Virus record (IMG/VR): IMGVR_UViG_3300015214_000001
Location: 128,001 to 192,000 of that record
Reading direction: 5' to 3' (one strand)
DNA length: 64,000 nucleotides
Source of the DNA: a virus
Taxonomy: Duplodnaviria; Caudoviricetes
Under the pieces are notes generated by a model. It did not search any database and had not been told where the DNA came from. It saw nothing but the letters and a program-made list of their open reading frames with translations. Positions 1-10,589 of this stretch are shown here, piece after piece; position 1 is the first letter of the stretch, and the number at the start of each line of letters is the position of its first letter. Both the position numbers and the translations under genes were made by a program.

Positions 1-246
1 GGTATTGAGACTCTAGCTTTTCATAACACCTACACGATCAAAAGCGTAGATGAAAATGGGGTAATTGAGTGCTTCAAACATGCTACTATTCAAGCCTTTA
101 TCGCAGAAGAAGATGGTACACTTGAAACACTGGAAGGCCCAAGCGCATTTAAAGTCGGTGACTTTATTGCTATTGGATCAAAAGGTGAGATGTGGGTTGT
201 TGGCGCTAAAGTTCGTGAGCAGTATAAAGAAGTTGCAGATAATTAA
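1..246 (+). CDS. Partial (5'-truncated) PGDYG-like phage protein
   Basis: Frame 1 is open from base 1 to TAA at 244-246 and reads ...GTLETLEGPSAFKVGDFIAIGSKGEMWVVG..., resembling the TLEG..(P)GD(Y/F)I..G..GE.(Y/W) motif. The track's 65..256 ORF is in a different frame. Confidence 0.6.
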   Translation, partial: GIETLAFHNTYTIKSVDENGVIECFKHATIQAFIAEEDGTLETLEGPSAFKVGDFIAIGSKGEMWVVGAKVREQYKEVADN

Positions 247-263
247 GGCCGTATGATATATTT

Positions 264-296
264 AAAAAGCGCCTATGGCAGATCATAGGCGCTTTT
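264..296. terminator. Bidirectional intrinsic terminator
   Basis: AAAAGCGCCTATG-gcagat-CATAGGCGCTTTT between convergent genes. Confidence 0.85.
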
Positions 297-300
297 GCTT

Positions 301-657
301 TTATAACGCTTTAGTCATCGGAGTGACAAACCACTCGCTACCAGATGATATGATGTGATACACAAACTCATCTACCCCACCCACATTTAAAGTCGCAGTG
401 AAACTTTTACCAATATCTTCTGGGTTTCCAAATATAGCAGATAATTCACCTTTTGTCGGCGGCGTTGACGTTATTGCCTCTGAGTATATGTGATTGATCG
501 GTTGCCATTTCATCATATCGCTAACGACATAAAGCGTCTGTGTATTGTTATCCCAATACCATGCTTGCCTTGATGGTGGTGTAGAAGGAAAGTCATCATT
601 GCCATGTCGATTAGCATGTATTGTTACTTTTGGCAAAACCTCATATTTTGAAAACAT
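301..657 (-). CDS. Hypothetical protein, end of tail/fibre cluster
   Basis: 118-aa ORF, last gene of the minus-strand structural operon. Confidence 0.6.
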   Translation of the reverse strand: MFSKYEVLPKVTIHANRHGNDDFPSTPPSRQAWYWDNNTQTLYVVSDMMKWQPINHIYSEAITSTPPTKGELSAIFGNPEDIGKSFTATLNVGGVDEFVYHIISSGSEWFVTPMTKAL

Positions 658-674
658 TTCTTGTTCGCCTTGAC

Positions 675-1622
675 CTAAAGTTGTTCTCTAGCGCTATACC
701 AAGTGATATTCTGCGTGTAGCTTAATATTGAAAATGAGTTTGACGTGTAATTTGCTATGAATAGGTATAAACCGACATCATTTTGTTGGCTATAGAATGG
801 AACGTTAACATTAACTGCATATTTATATTGCTCGGCATATTCAGGGTACTCAGGAGGATAATATTCCGCAACATAATTGACTAGTTGAGCATTACTCATA
901 TCAATATCCGAGTCGTGATCTTGTATTTTAAAATATATCCCAAATGTGACTGAGCTTCCACCACTAGGCAATGATAAAAGTATGTTTGCCTGTATATTGC
1001 CAAAGTTAGTATAGGGTAATATAGGCCCATTCCCGTCATCAGGCATTGCACGCCATACAGTAGTACCATCTATTTCTGTAATAAACGTATTGTTTGAACC
1101 GTTGATAATTGAATGCCTTAAAGTACCGTTATTCGAATCAGGCTGTAACACAACCTTCCAGTTCTCATTCATGCTATCATACGTAGGGATAGAAATTGGC
1201 GATGATCCGAAGTTATCGTAATAACCGCTGCCTAAAATATATCTATTACTCCACCCATTAGATATAGAGTCTTGCGTGACAACTAACGCCTCACCAATTC
1301 TAATAAGTGTAGTTGCCACGTCATTAAGCTCTTCTAGTTGGTTTGGTGGCTTAGGTGTGTTATACCAAGTATCAGTAAGAGCGTCATAACTTAATATATT
1401 TCCATCTTGCGGCGATGCGATGTCTACATCATCTAAATCAGCAAGACTTCCCCCACTTCCGCTCCCCCCACCACTGAGGTTAGTCACTGTCCCATTGTCA
1501 AAAATAACATTTACAGTTTTATTGTTACGAATAAACAACCTAGCTTGTCCCGCGTCAGGAGTTGGTGGATTAACGCTTTGCTCTGATAACTCGATATTGA
1601 TGTCAGTTACTTTTGTTGTCAT
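675..1622 (-). CDS. Putative tail fibre/receptor-binding-associated protein
   Basis: 315 aa; Gly linker, LADLDDV/LEELNDV repeats, DGNILSYD..TW motif; beta-rich C-terminus similar to that of 1638..4166. Confidence 0.55.
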   Translation of the reverse strand: MTTKVTDINIELSEQSVNPPTPDAGQARLFIRNNKTVNVIFDNGTVTNLSGGGSGSGGSLADLDDVDIASPQDGNILSYDALTDTWYNTPKPPNQLEELNDVATTLIRIGEALVVTQDSISNGWSNRYILGSGYYDNFGSSPISIPTYDSMNENWKVVLQPDSNNGTLRHSIINGSNNTFITEIDGTTVWRAMPDDGNGPILPYTNFGNIQANILLSLPSGGSSVTFGIYFKIQDHDSDIDMSNAQLVNYVAEYYPPEYPEYAEQYKYAVNVNVPFYSQQNDVGLYLFIANYTSNSFSILSYTQNITWYSAREQL

Positions 1623-1637
1623 TTTATATTTATCCTA

Positions 1638-4166
1638 TTAGCTAATTGCTGTCCATGTAACTTGTTGATTAAATGTAATGCTTATACTATCACTGCCATT
1701 ATTGACAACATAGAAATAATAAAATCTTGGGTTCAATTCGCCACCAGACCATAATGCAATTTGATTGCATTGTAATGGGTATGTATTATCTGCTGGCGCA
1801 TAGTCGTTATTATGATGCGCCGCGATTTTTGTTCCACCTGATGGCGTTACATTCAAGTTATCGGCAGTAACATCTTGGTAGAATACCTCAAATTCTGCTG
1901 AACTATTGCTTACAGCGCTTATTGATAAGTTAAAGTTACCGACTGCGCTCGATGCTAAAACAGGGTTGATTGATGTAAGCACAAACTCATCAATATCATA
2001 CTCATGTGTTATGTTTGCAGTCTCTAAATGCGTATCAGCATAGGGGTCAAATGATAGCACTGCACTACCCGATTGCGGGATAACAATTGACCTTGAACGC
2101 ACTACCGCATATGTTGTTCCAGCTTCAACCAAACTTACTCTACTCGCTAGTTGATTAATAGCTTCTTGTGCATTATCTGGATTTTCATTATTGATCCAAT
2201 CATTCAAATCGGTGGCTGTATGCGCGATGCGAACTGTATTATCAAAATCAAGAGCCGATTTAATGATTAATTCACCACCTGGCTCAATTGTAATACTTCC
2301 GTTTTCTGTATAGTCTACTGCACCATAATAAACCACTTGATGGTTTGCAAGAATTGTATAATCATCATCAATTAGCGTATTAGATGAGAAGAACCCTGTT
2401 AATGCTTGTGAACCACTTTCAATCGTTTTTACCCTAGACGCAAGTTGATCTAAACCACCTTGTACATAATCGGGGATATTTCCAGTTTCCCAATCTGTAC
2501 TTTCATCTGGCGTATAGGTAACAGTGGTTGCATCACCCCCACCTGTATCATTTTCAATAACTTCTACTCTGGCGGCTAACTCATCTAAAGCCGAACCGAT
2601 GATATTTGGCACAGTATCCCAATTATCATCATCATCAGGTGCATATCGAATAACAGACGCGCCTAATGCGATCACACTGGCTAGGTTATCTAGTGCTTCT
2701 CTGACATCATCAGGCGCTCCAACGATATTGACCCAATCCGCTGGCGTTGTTGGTGCGTAAGAGACAGCTTGTGATGTTCCATTAAAAGTAGCGCTAACAA
2801 TAAGCGCCTGTATGTTGCCTGGTGGGTCATTCTTGACGATATTAATGCCGTTACCTGGCCATATTTTCCCTTCGAGGAAATTGGATTGAAAGTCAGTGGC
2901 AGATACTCTTACTGTGGATAGCTGAGACTCGATGTTTGTTGTTCTGCCTTCTAGGGTGTGTGTTCTTAATGCTAGTCTATCTAATGCCAATTTAACATTA
3001 GCTGGTGAGACACCACCCCAATTGACTTGATTAGCATCTGTATAAGTTACATTAGCCGCATCAGGGTTTGTTGTACTTGACTCCACCGCTTTCAATCGGC
3101 TGGCTAACTGGTCAAGCGCATTATCTGTATCGCCAGGATCAATTCCACCATTCCAGTCTGATAAGTTGGCTGGTGTATAAACAACATCAGCGGCATCAAT
3201 AGCTAAACGATTAATCGTAATTGTTCTGTTAGAGCCAGCAGATTCTACTAGCTGAATACCTGTTCCAGAAAGTAGTTTTTGTCCCAAAAATCCAGATGTT
3301 GAATCGTTAGATGATGTTCTGACAGTACCTTCACCAAATGACTCAACGATTTTCAAGCGACTGGCTAATTGGTCAAGTGCATTATTTGTATTGCCTGGAT
3401 CAATCCCGCCATTCCAGTTAGCTGGCGTATTAGGAACATAACCAACAAATGAAGCATCTAACCCGTTCTGAATGCGATTTGCTAAATAATCAAGCGCCGC
3501 TTTAACTTGCTCAGGGTCAATGCCACCCCAGTTAGCTAATGTGGTAGGAGTAAATGACACCTGTTCAGCAATTGGAGCAACTGTCCCTGCTTCAATTAAT
3601 GTCACACGGCTGGCTAACTGGTCAAGCGCATCATTAACTTCACCTGGGTTAATATCCCCGTCCCAATTGGTTATATCATCAGCCGTGTAATTAACAACAC
3701 TGGCATTGATAGGGAAATTATTTTCAACAACCCTGAGCCTTGCAGCTAATTGGTCTAAACCAGTTTGAACTTCTGCTGGCGCGGGTAAATTCCAATTTGC
3801 AGAAGTTAGAGGGGTATATGTGGTTTCAAGAGCAGAGCCACCCTCAGCATTAATAGTCAATAGCTCATTAGTTGATCCTGACTTTACTAATGAAACGTTA
3901 TTACCTGCAAGTAACTTTTGCTCTAAAGTGCCAGGTGTTTCATCAGCAGTGCTAATTGCCACTGTATTTGCACCCGCAGAAGCAATTGCCGATATTTGAA
4001 TAGATCGGTTGCCACCTTGCGTAATAATATCAAATGACACATTATCGCCAGCAAGTATTTTATCAATAAGATACCCTGCTGTTGCATCATCATTATCTGT
4101 TTTTACGCTCTCGTTATACCTGAGAACATCAACAGCGCTATTCGGCTTTAATATTGATATAGCCAT
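1638..4166 (-). CDS. Repeat-rich putative tail fibre protein
   Basis: 842 aa; 10 copies of Y(T)P..(N/D)W....P..V..ALD.LA.R and 4 copies of V..S..D...G.L..K(L/I)..G..(V/I); located after tail-tip genes. Confidence 0.65.
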   Translation of the reverse strand: MAISILKPNSAVDVLRYNESVKTDNDDATAGYLIDKILAGDNVSFDIITQGGNRSIQISAIASAGANTVAISTADETPGTLEQKLLAGNNVSLVKSGSTNELLTINAEGGSALETTYTPLTSANWNLPAPAEVQTGLDQLAARLRVVENNFPINASVVNYTADDITNWDGDINPGEVNDALDQLASRVTLIEAGTVAPIAEQVSFTPTTLANWGGIDPEQVKAALDYLANRIQNGLDASFVGYVPNTPANWNGGIDPGNTNNALDQLASRLKIVESFGEGTVRTSSNDSTSGFLGQKLLSGTGIQLVESAGSNRTITINRLAIDAADVVYTPANLSDWNGGIDPGDTDNALDQLASRLKAVESSTTNPDAANVTYTDANQVNWGGVSPANVKLALDRLALRTHTLEGRTTNIESQLSTVRVSATDFQSNFLEGKIWPGNGINIVKNDPPGNIQALIVSATFNGTSQAVSYAPTTPADWVNIVGAPDDVREALDNLASVIALGASVIRYAPDDDDNWDTVPNIIGSALDELAARVEVIENDTGGGDATTVTYTPDESTDWETGNIPDYVQGGLDQLASRVKTIESGSQALTGFFSSNTLIDDDYTILANHQVVYYGAVDYTENGSITIEPGGELIIKSALDFDNTVRIAHTATDLNDWINNENPDNAQEAINQLASRVSLVEAGTTYAVVRSRSIVIPQSGSAVLSFDPYADTHLETANITHEYDIDEFVLTSINPVLASSAVGNFNLSISAVSNSSAEFEVFYQDVTADNLNVTPSGGTKIAAHHNNDYAPADNTYPLQCNQIALWSGGELNPRFYYFYVVNNGSDSISITFNQQVTWTAIS

Positions 4167-4480
4167 TATTCTATCTCCGCATAGCTAACCCAATAACCAA
4201 TCGCACTAGGTTGATCGCTCTGCCCAGTGACACTACCATTAGCTATCAATGTTAATTTCGTGTCAAATGTTAAGCTCTCATCTGGTTTAAGGTCTACGTT
4301 GATTATCCGAACAGGATTTATGTTTCCATCATATAGTGATATTCTTACATTTGCATCCTCAGTAGCATGGTTATTATGAAATATCATACTAAAGACGATA
4401 CGTGTATTGGGGCTTGATAATAAAATCGTGCCAGAGCTAGTTGATAGTGATCCGTGACTCTCTTTTAGTTGTATCGCCAT
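4166..4480 (-). CDS. Small virion/tail-associated hypothetical protein
   Basis: 104-aa beta-rich ORF, stop overlaps next start. Confidence 0.55.
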   Translation of the reverse strand: MAIQLKESHGSLSTSSGTILLSSPNTRIVFSMIFHNNHATEDANVRISLYDGNINPVRIINVDLKPDESLTFDTKLTLIANGSVTGQSDQPSAIGYWVSYAEIE

Positions 4481-4483
4481 GTT

Positions 4484-4963
4484 TTACCATCCTAATATTG
4501 CGAATATCATCGCATCTTGACTTTCAGAACCACCGCTACTAGGCTTCCAGTCGATGCCCGTTGTTGTTGAGCTATCTGCTGTCAACACCTCGCCATTTGA
4601 GCCAACTCCAATTGATGATAAGTTTGTACCATCGTAGACAAGAACCGCGCCTTTAGAAGTAGTTGTTACATTAACCCCATCTAAATCATTTAATTCTAAG
4701 GAGTCGTTTACCCAGACTGTGCCGTTATAGCGTAAAATCTGCCCATTAGCTGGAGTTGTTAACGTGACATCATTCAAATCACTTAAAGATGTAGCGCTCC
4801 CACCTCCACCAACAGGGATTATCGAGTTGTCATCTAACCTAATATATAAAGCACTATTTTTAATATATAAATGCGAAAATCCAGCCAGCGGTATATATGA
4901 AGAGTCATCTGGTCTGTTTTGTAAGTTTAAAAATTCTACATTCGCTTCACTAATTCTTGCCAT
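4484..4963 (-). CDS. Putative tail fibre-associated protein
   Basis: LSDLNDV, NGQILRYNGTVWVN and KG..LV..G....VG.NGEVLTADS motifs. Confidence 0.6.
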   Translation of the reverse strand: MARISEANVEFLNLQNRPDDSSYIPLAGFSHLYIKNSALYIRLDDNSIIPVGGGGSATSLSDLNDVTLTTPANGQILRYNGTVWVNDSLELNDLDGVNVTTTSKGAVLVYDGTNLSSIGVGSNGEVLTADSSTTTGIDWKPSSGGSESQDAMIFAILGW

Positions 4964-5005
4964 AATTTCACCTAATGATTTGTTTCATAGGAATGGTCTA
5001 TGTGT

Positions 5006-5671
5006 TTAATAATCCTCAGTCATAACATTTCCATCAGCGTCTACTAATACTTCCCCATCTGCTGTTAATATTAAGTTTGCAGGGAAGTGTATGGCCCATT
5101 TCATACCAAGTGTTTCATTGCTATCTACTACTAATGCAAGATCATCATTACCAACTGGTAAACGGTTAAATAAACTGCCGTTACTAGCCATAATGTCGCC
5201 TTTAGCTTGGGTGAATTGTGCGACATCGACCAGATCACCAAGTGCGCTTACTTTTATTGCGGGTATCCATTGCCCTGATATGATGTCATACGCAATAGTT
5301 CTACCATCTGCAACGCCTGTTACGTTCACATCCAATAATTGACTAAAGTTTCTGGGAATAGCACTTGCTTGCCATAAACCAGTCGCACTGTTATAAGTCA
5401 GAACTTGCCCATTTTGTGCTGCTATGACATCAACGTCTGTCAGATCATTTAGCGTGGTTGCGCCACCCCCCCCCCCACCTGATGAAAATTGTATCCAAGC
5501 ATCGCCATCAGCATTGGTAAGATATAAAGCGCCATTTCCATCCGTGCCACCATCAGCAGCCCAATATACATCCCCGAAGCCTTCGGGGACAGGTGGTAAC
5601 GCAACATCCTCACCACCATCTAGCCGCGATTTATGTAATGTATTAAATGGCAAACTATCGTGAAAAGGCAT
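5006..5671 (-). CDS. Putative tail fibre-associated protein containing an in-frame G11 tract
   Basis: LNDLTDV repeats, NGQVLTYN..TGLW, KGDI...RLPVG motifs; poly-Gly linker encoded by GGT GGG GGG GGG GGT. Confidence 0.6.
   Translation of the reverse strand: MPFHDSLPFNTLHKSRLDGGEDVALPPVPEGFGDVYWAADGGTDGNGALYLTNADGDAWIQFSSGGGGGGATTLNDLTDVDVIAAQNGQVLTYNSATGLWQASAIPRNFSQLLDVNVTGVADGRTIAYDIISGQWIPAIKVSALGDLVDVAQFTQAKGDIMASNGSLFNRLPVGNDDLALVVDSNETLGMKWAIHFPANLILTADGEVLVDADGNVMTEDY
5466..5476 (-). repeat. G11 homopolymer (C11 on + strand), currently in frame
   Basis: 11 consecutive C at 5466-5476. Confidence 0.95.
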
Positions 5672-5731
5672 GACATGACCACCTAAATCTTTTTATTTAA
5701 TAGGTATTGTAGCATGGTTTGAAGCGGGTTT

Positions 5732-6616
5732 TTAAATATATACAACATTTCCAGTTAAGGGGTCAACAACAACTTCACCGTTAGCAGTAACTATATTATC
5801 TAAATTGCTACCATCGCCGTTACCCCCACCAAGCGCTAAGTATTCTTGTAGCGGGATAACGTTTCTTCTTGTTATCTCCGACATGCCATGTGTTAATTGA
5901 ACATATCCAGTTCTAAAACACCCATTGTCAGCATGAGGAACATAGTCACCTGTTTGGCTGTCTAAGGTTAGAACTTGCGAAAAACTTAACTGTGACGGAA
6001 ATATCTCACCATACTTATATTCAAGCTGTTCAGTTTCAAAGTTGACTTGCACTAAAACATATCGGCTACGCAAGTTAGCGATTGGCACTTGGGCATTATG
6101 TGGTGCGATTCCCCAATCAACTGTTTGCATTGTGTTAATGTACTTAAAAACATCATTTAACCGATATGCCCCTTGTATGACCTTAGCTTTCATGCTTGGT
6201 GGAAATGTAGCTGTTAGTAGACCTGGCGCTAATTTTTCATAATAATAAATTACTTCATCTTCTTGCGTCACGCCGTCAAAGAATTGTTGAGCAAAGCGGC
6301 TGTCAAGCTGTATAATTTCCCACTCGCCGCTTAAGGCATCTTTTCTTACGCGAATAGGGGTATTATATCGAATTTGCCATGACGCTAATGCTCCAGGCTG
6401 CATATTCGCTTCGCCTTGATAACCTGTGCCACCTGCTTCATGGAAATAATATCTATTTGGTAAGTCACTGCGATCAGTTGGCACTTGAACATGAACTTGA
6501 CCATTTTCATCCATATACCCAAGTCGTGCAGAAAATGGTTTACGAATAGCATCGCCTAAAACATCATCTAGGCTTCTTTTAAATCTATTAAGATCATCTA
6601 AATAATCGTCTGGCAT
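5732..6616 (-). CDS. Putative minor tail protein
   Basis: 294 aa directly after the large tail protein; C-terminal IVTANGEVVVD..GNV motif shared with 5006..5671. Confidence 0.5.
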   Translation of the reverse strand: MPDDYLDDLNRFKRSLDDVLGDAIRKPFSARLGYMDENGQVHVQVPTDRSDLPNRYYFHEAGGTGYQGEANMQPGALASWQIRYNTPIRVRKDALSGEWEIIQLDSRFAQQFFDGVTQEDEVIYYYEKLAPGLLTATFPPSMKAKVIQGAYRLNDVFKYINTMQTVDWGIAPHNAQVPIANLRSRYVLVQVNFETEQLEYKYGEIFPSQLSFSQVLTLDSQTGDYVPHADNGCFRTGYVQLTHGMSEITRRNVIPLQEYLALGGGNGDGSNLDNIVTANGEVVVDPLTGNVVYI

Positions 6617-6620
6617 TTAT

Positions 6621-9600
6621 TTATCCCCCTTGTTCTGGCATTAGAACGCCTTTTAATACGCGGAATTTTCCACCACCGTCAATAGAAGAATGCCAATCAC
6701 CTAAAACATTTACTGTATTACTGGGGTCTAAAAACCCATCAGTAGAAATCTCTAATCTATTGATGCCCCAAGCAATACCAAAATCACTAGCAATTCTCAG
6801 TCCTCGCAAATCAGTTGCATCAGTGGTAGGTATAAACCAGCTACTACCAAAGTCTTGAGAGAAAGCTAACTGACGCACACCGAATGTATTTCTTTCAAAA
6901 ACTGCGTTAATCGTAGCATTGTCTAAAGGGTCGATAGATAACGCATAAGGCGCAGTTGGCACGGCTCGCGTTTGTGGACTTCCATCTGCGCTATATGTAA
7001 TATCTTCATAATAAGGTACAGTTGTTATATTAAATACACGGAATAGGTCTAATTCTTCCATGATGTAGTTATCTATGGTAAAGTCCCATAAACGCAATGA
7101 TGGCATCGGCGTTCCAAAGCCATTGCTAGATTCTGCTGGCATTTCAAACTTTAATACAACGCGGCGTATATCCTTCATCGCATCTGGGCTTAAATCAGTT
7201 GCATATGTGTTGTAGACATGCAACGGGTCATAGGCATCTGCTGTATCTATGCCCCACCCAAGCCATCCAGCATTTAATGGTAGGTTATCTTCGATTCTAT
7301 AAAACACATTTCTAAGTATGCCGTCACTATCATATAGCTCTAGGAATACGGTATATATACCAACCCAATAGGGATTCATACAACTTGAACCAGTAGTTGA
7401 ATTATATGCGAACCTGCCACCAGTAGAGAAACGCCCCATATCTATTGAACCCCTAAAATCAAAAGTGAAATGTATTTTCACAATTGGAGTCCCACCATCA
7501 AAATCAGATGGCGCACGCACACCACGAAGATTAGGTATCCACCCATCATCTAAAAAGTACGATTCCATATCACCACTGGCGCATATGCCGTATTCCCTGC
7601 CAGTTGGTGTCGGCACACGCCAATCAGTGTATCCAGCAAATGCAGGAAGTTGCGGATCACCTAACCCCAAACCGCTATCAGGCGATCCGCGCCTTGTTAC
7701 GGCAACATCGCTAATATTTAGCCCTCCTGTTGCAGTATGCACTAACGTTGGCACTCTACTCCCTTCTACGCCATATGCTGTTTGAGTGCCTAGTTCCCTA
7801 ACTAATTCTCCTAACTGGCTATTTGTACTACCTTCTGATGCAGTGATACGAGTGGCATAGATAGGCCCTCCTGCGTATGTAGCTTCAACTGTAGGCCATG
7901 AAGTATCACCGATTGGGCTATCAACTGCAAAAACCCAATTTGTAACAGGTGTTGTGAAATACCCTAGTCTATATCCACCTGATGCGCTGCTATATCCAGA
8001 TGACACTAACATGCTTCCTTGAAATGCAAAGTCTATTTCTTTTCTTACAGGAGATAATGAAGCTGTTGGTAAAATATCTCCCATAGCCGTAACACTCCAA
8101 GATGAACCATTAGTAGTTCTATAACAGTAATTACCCCGCGCTGACTGCACAACGCAAGCAACATATCCATTGATCTCAGGGTTGGATCGAATGCGAATTG
8201 ATCCATGAATATCTGATGGCAAAGAGTTTTGATATTGTAAAGTCCAAGTAGGGCTTTGAGCTAATGCGTTGGGTGTATAGTAAATTAATAGCGTGTCAAA
8301 CACACCAGAATTAGAAGCACTTTCTCTGGCTGCGGCAACCCACATCCCTAATGGCCCTTGAGTAAATCCAGATAATGGATAAGCACTAAAGAAGTCAAAT
8401 GCAAAGTCATTAACTCTGACTAGCGCATTTCCATTTCGCATTGAGCCAATATCTACCCAGTTCTTGCCGTTCTTATTACGCGCAAATCGCCCAACAGCAT
8501 TAACAGCAAATAACGCCCCTGTTTCATTCATGATCTGTTCTAAATTGCGATCATCATCATTAATGGCAGTATCTACCAATATGGGAGGCGTAATAGGTGG
8601 ATATGTTGCCCCACCACCTTTATCTAAAATGAAAGTCTCACCTGGTTGCCCAAAAGTTTCTGGTTCAACCGTTAGAATTACGTTTTTTGTGAATACCCCA
8701 TTATCGGATTCTTCCCATGAACGCTCAACTGATACTGGCAATGTGCGAAAGTTAACAAGTTGCTTTCTGGGATTCCAATTTTCTCTAAGATTGAGCCTAG
8801 TCCATAGCATCAACGCGGGATCAAAAAAATCCATATTGCGTTTTAATGATAACGCAATTTCTGGTGTTGGGTTATTTCTTTTTGCCAACATATGACCTGA
8901 TATTTCATTTGTCCTATCTTGGTTGCTTAATCTAAATCCAGGCTGACCTTGTAATATCCCATTATTAGATTTAATGATAATGCTATCTTCATCCTGACTT
9001 CCATTTGCTTGCATTTGGTAATAACCAGGTGCAATTGAGCCAAATGATGCAACGAAGTCCTCACCGCCACCTTGATAAGACATAGAAAATATTTTCAATG
9101 TGCCAACTGGATTAGCATACTGCTTAGGCATTTCAACTGGTGAAACAATATCCACTATGCCAGTTTCTTCATTTGCAGTTATGGTCATTCTGACATCAAG
9201 GCTATCTCGATATGCGCTGCTCTCCACCATTGGATCACGCCTTAGATACAGTGATCCATCAGATATACACCCGATGTTACCTGCGATAACAGAAGCTACC
9301 TGCAATAGATATTCAGCGATTGAACTGCCATTAAATCCCCAGTTCAATTTCCTTTCGTTATCTGGCTCATTTGTTTCAGGATTAACATCCCAATAAAAGC
9401 GATAGTCAAACAACTCTAAATATGTACAATGGTGACGCAAGATATACCAAGCTACAAATTGAGGGATACCTAGCCCCTCACCTATATCTGTCCAAGATGA
9501 TGGCGCGGGGACTTCAACTACAGCTTGACTAACCATCGGTATTTCTTCCATCCTTTGAAATGGGCCTAATACATCGACTGTTGTAGCTTTCTCTCCACTT

Positions 9601-10580
9601 AACAGATCAATCGTGTGTGTTTCAGCGCTGGCAAAACCAGCGAAAGTGGTAATTATGGAATTATCTGACACTGGTATGCCATCAATATACACCGTTTCAG
9701 TATAAAAAATAGGAACACCTGGTAAAAATGTATCTTTATCTAACTCACCAACGAAAGTGACATTTTGTGATCTTCCCTGCCTATTTTGAGTATCAGAGTT
9801 TATCTGAAATGCCATTTGTTCAGATAGGGGTGGGAAGTCATCACCATTAACCCATATGGGCCTAGTTGCTATACTGCTTTTCCCACTGCTATCTGACACA
9901 GTACAGCGGATACGATGAAAACCTTGTGGCAGACGAATAGTAATAACGGGTTCATTGATTGTCCCGCTGACAATAACTGCACCCGTTGGAAGTTGCCACG
10001 AGTACCCCGTTATTAACTTTCCTTGCCAGCCAAAACTATTAGTAGCACTAAATGTGAACTCAGCTACCCCACTGCTGTTGGCCCACGCTTGCCGCCATGA
10101 ACCAATATTGGCAACTGGATTAGGATTGCTACCACTACCATCATAAGGTAGATCAAACTCTTTATAAAATTGACCATCAACAATGCGGCTAACCAGCGAC
10201 CATAATGGTTTTACACTATAAACCATTATTTCTTGTCCAGCATCAAAGGCAGATATTTGTCCCTGTCCGATACCTGGATCACCTCTTGATTTTCCGTCAA
10301 TATATAATTGCAGTTGATTAGCTGTTCCACGCCTAACTACACCATAGGAAACAAGATCACGATTTACCCCTGCTCGAACAATCCATAACATACCAGCTTC
10401 AATGTCTTGATAGCGGCCTCCGTTCCAAGCAACGCTTAATCTGCCGATAGGATATTGCAACGGCGTTTCAGTCAAGTATCCTCTGGCAATCATTTGTGCA
10501 GGCCAATAGTTATAAGTTGGCACAACAACTTGGTTGCCAGAGTTGCGGACTAAATTTAATAATGGGCCAGGAATAGGCAT
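6621..10580 (-). CDS. Large tail tip/hub protein with PKD-like Ig domain
   Basis: 1319 aa two genes after the tape measure; PVANIG...FSATNS...ITGYSW...G.H.I.CTVSDSSG is PKD-like; Asp-box-like (SQDFGSSW, TTNGSSW) motifs in C-terminal half. Confidence 0.65.
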   Translation of the reverse strand: MPIPGPLLNLVRNSGNQVVVPTYNYWPAQMIARGYLTETPLQYPIGRLSVAWNGGRYQDIEAGMLWIVRAGVNRDLVSYGVVRRGTANQLQLYIDGKSRGDPGIGQGQISAFDAGQEIMVYSVKPLWSLVSRIVDGQFYKEFDLPYDGSGSNPNPVANIGSWRQAWANSSGVAEFTFSATNSFGWQGKLITGYSWQLPTGAVIVSGTINEPVITIRLPQGFHRIRCTVSDSSGKSSIATRPIWVNGDDFPPLSEQMAFQINSDTQNRQGRSQNVTFVGELDKDTFLPGVPIFYTETVYIDGIPVSDNSIITTFAGFASAETHTIDLLSGEKATTVDVLGPFQRMEEIPMVSQAVVEVPAPSSWTDIGEGLGIPQFVAWYILRHHCTYLELFDYRFYWDVNPETNEPDNERKLNWGFNGSSIAEYLLQVASVIAGNIGCISDGSLYLRRDPMVESSAYRDSLDVRMTITANEETGIVDIVSPVEMPKQYANPVGTLKIFSMSYQGGGEDFVASFGSIAPGYYQMQANGSQDEDSIIIKSNNGILQGQPGFRLSNQDRTNEISGHMLAKRNNPTPEIALSLKRNMDFFDPALMLWTRLNLRENWNPRKQLVNFRTLPVSVERSWEESDNGVFTKNVILTVEPETFGQPGETFILDKGGGATYPPITPPILVDTAINDDDRNLEQIMNETGALFAVNAVGRFARNKNGKNWVDIGSMRNGNALVRVNDFAFDFFSAYPLSGFTQGPLGMWVAAARESASNSGVFDTLLIYYTPNALAQSPTWTLQYQNSLPSDIHGSIRIRSNPEINGYVACVVQSARGNYCYRTTNGSSWSVTAMGDILPTASLSPVRKEIDFAFQGSMLVSSGYSSASGGYRLGYFTTPVTNWVFAVDSPIGDTSWPTVEATYAGGPIYATRITASEGSTNSQLGELVRELGTQTAYGVEGSRVPTLVHTATGGLNISDVAVTRRGSPDSGLGLGDPQLPAFAGYTDWRVPTPTGREYGICASGDMESYFLDDGWIPNLRGVRAPSDFDGGTPIVKIHFTFDFRGSIDMGRFSTGGRFAYNSTTGSSCMNPYWVGIYTVFLELYDSDGILRNVFYRIEDNLPLNAGWLGWGIDTADAYDPLHVYNTYATDLSPDAMKDIRRVVLKFEMPAESSNGFGTPMPSLRLWDFTIDNYIMEELDLFRVFNITTVPYYEDITYSADGSPQTRAVPTAPYALSIDPLDNATINAVFERNTFGVRQLAFSQDFGSSWFIPTTDATDLRGLRIASDFGIAWGINRLEISTDGFLDPSNTVNVLGDWHSSIDGGGKFRVLKGVLMPEQGG

Positions 10581-10589
10581 ATTAACTTC

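Noticed and set aside
65-256. Track ORF 63 aa (+)
   Set aside because: The overlapping frame-1 ORF (1..246) has a recognisable motif and ends just before the terminator; this one is a shadow frame.
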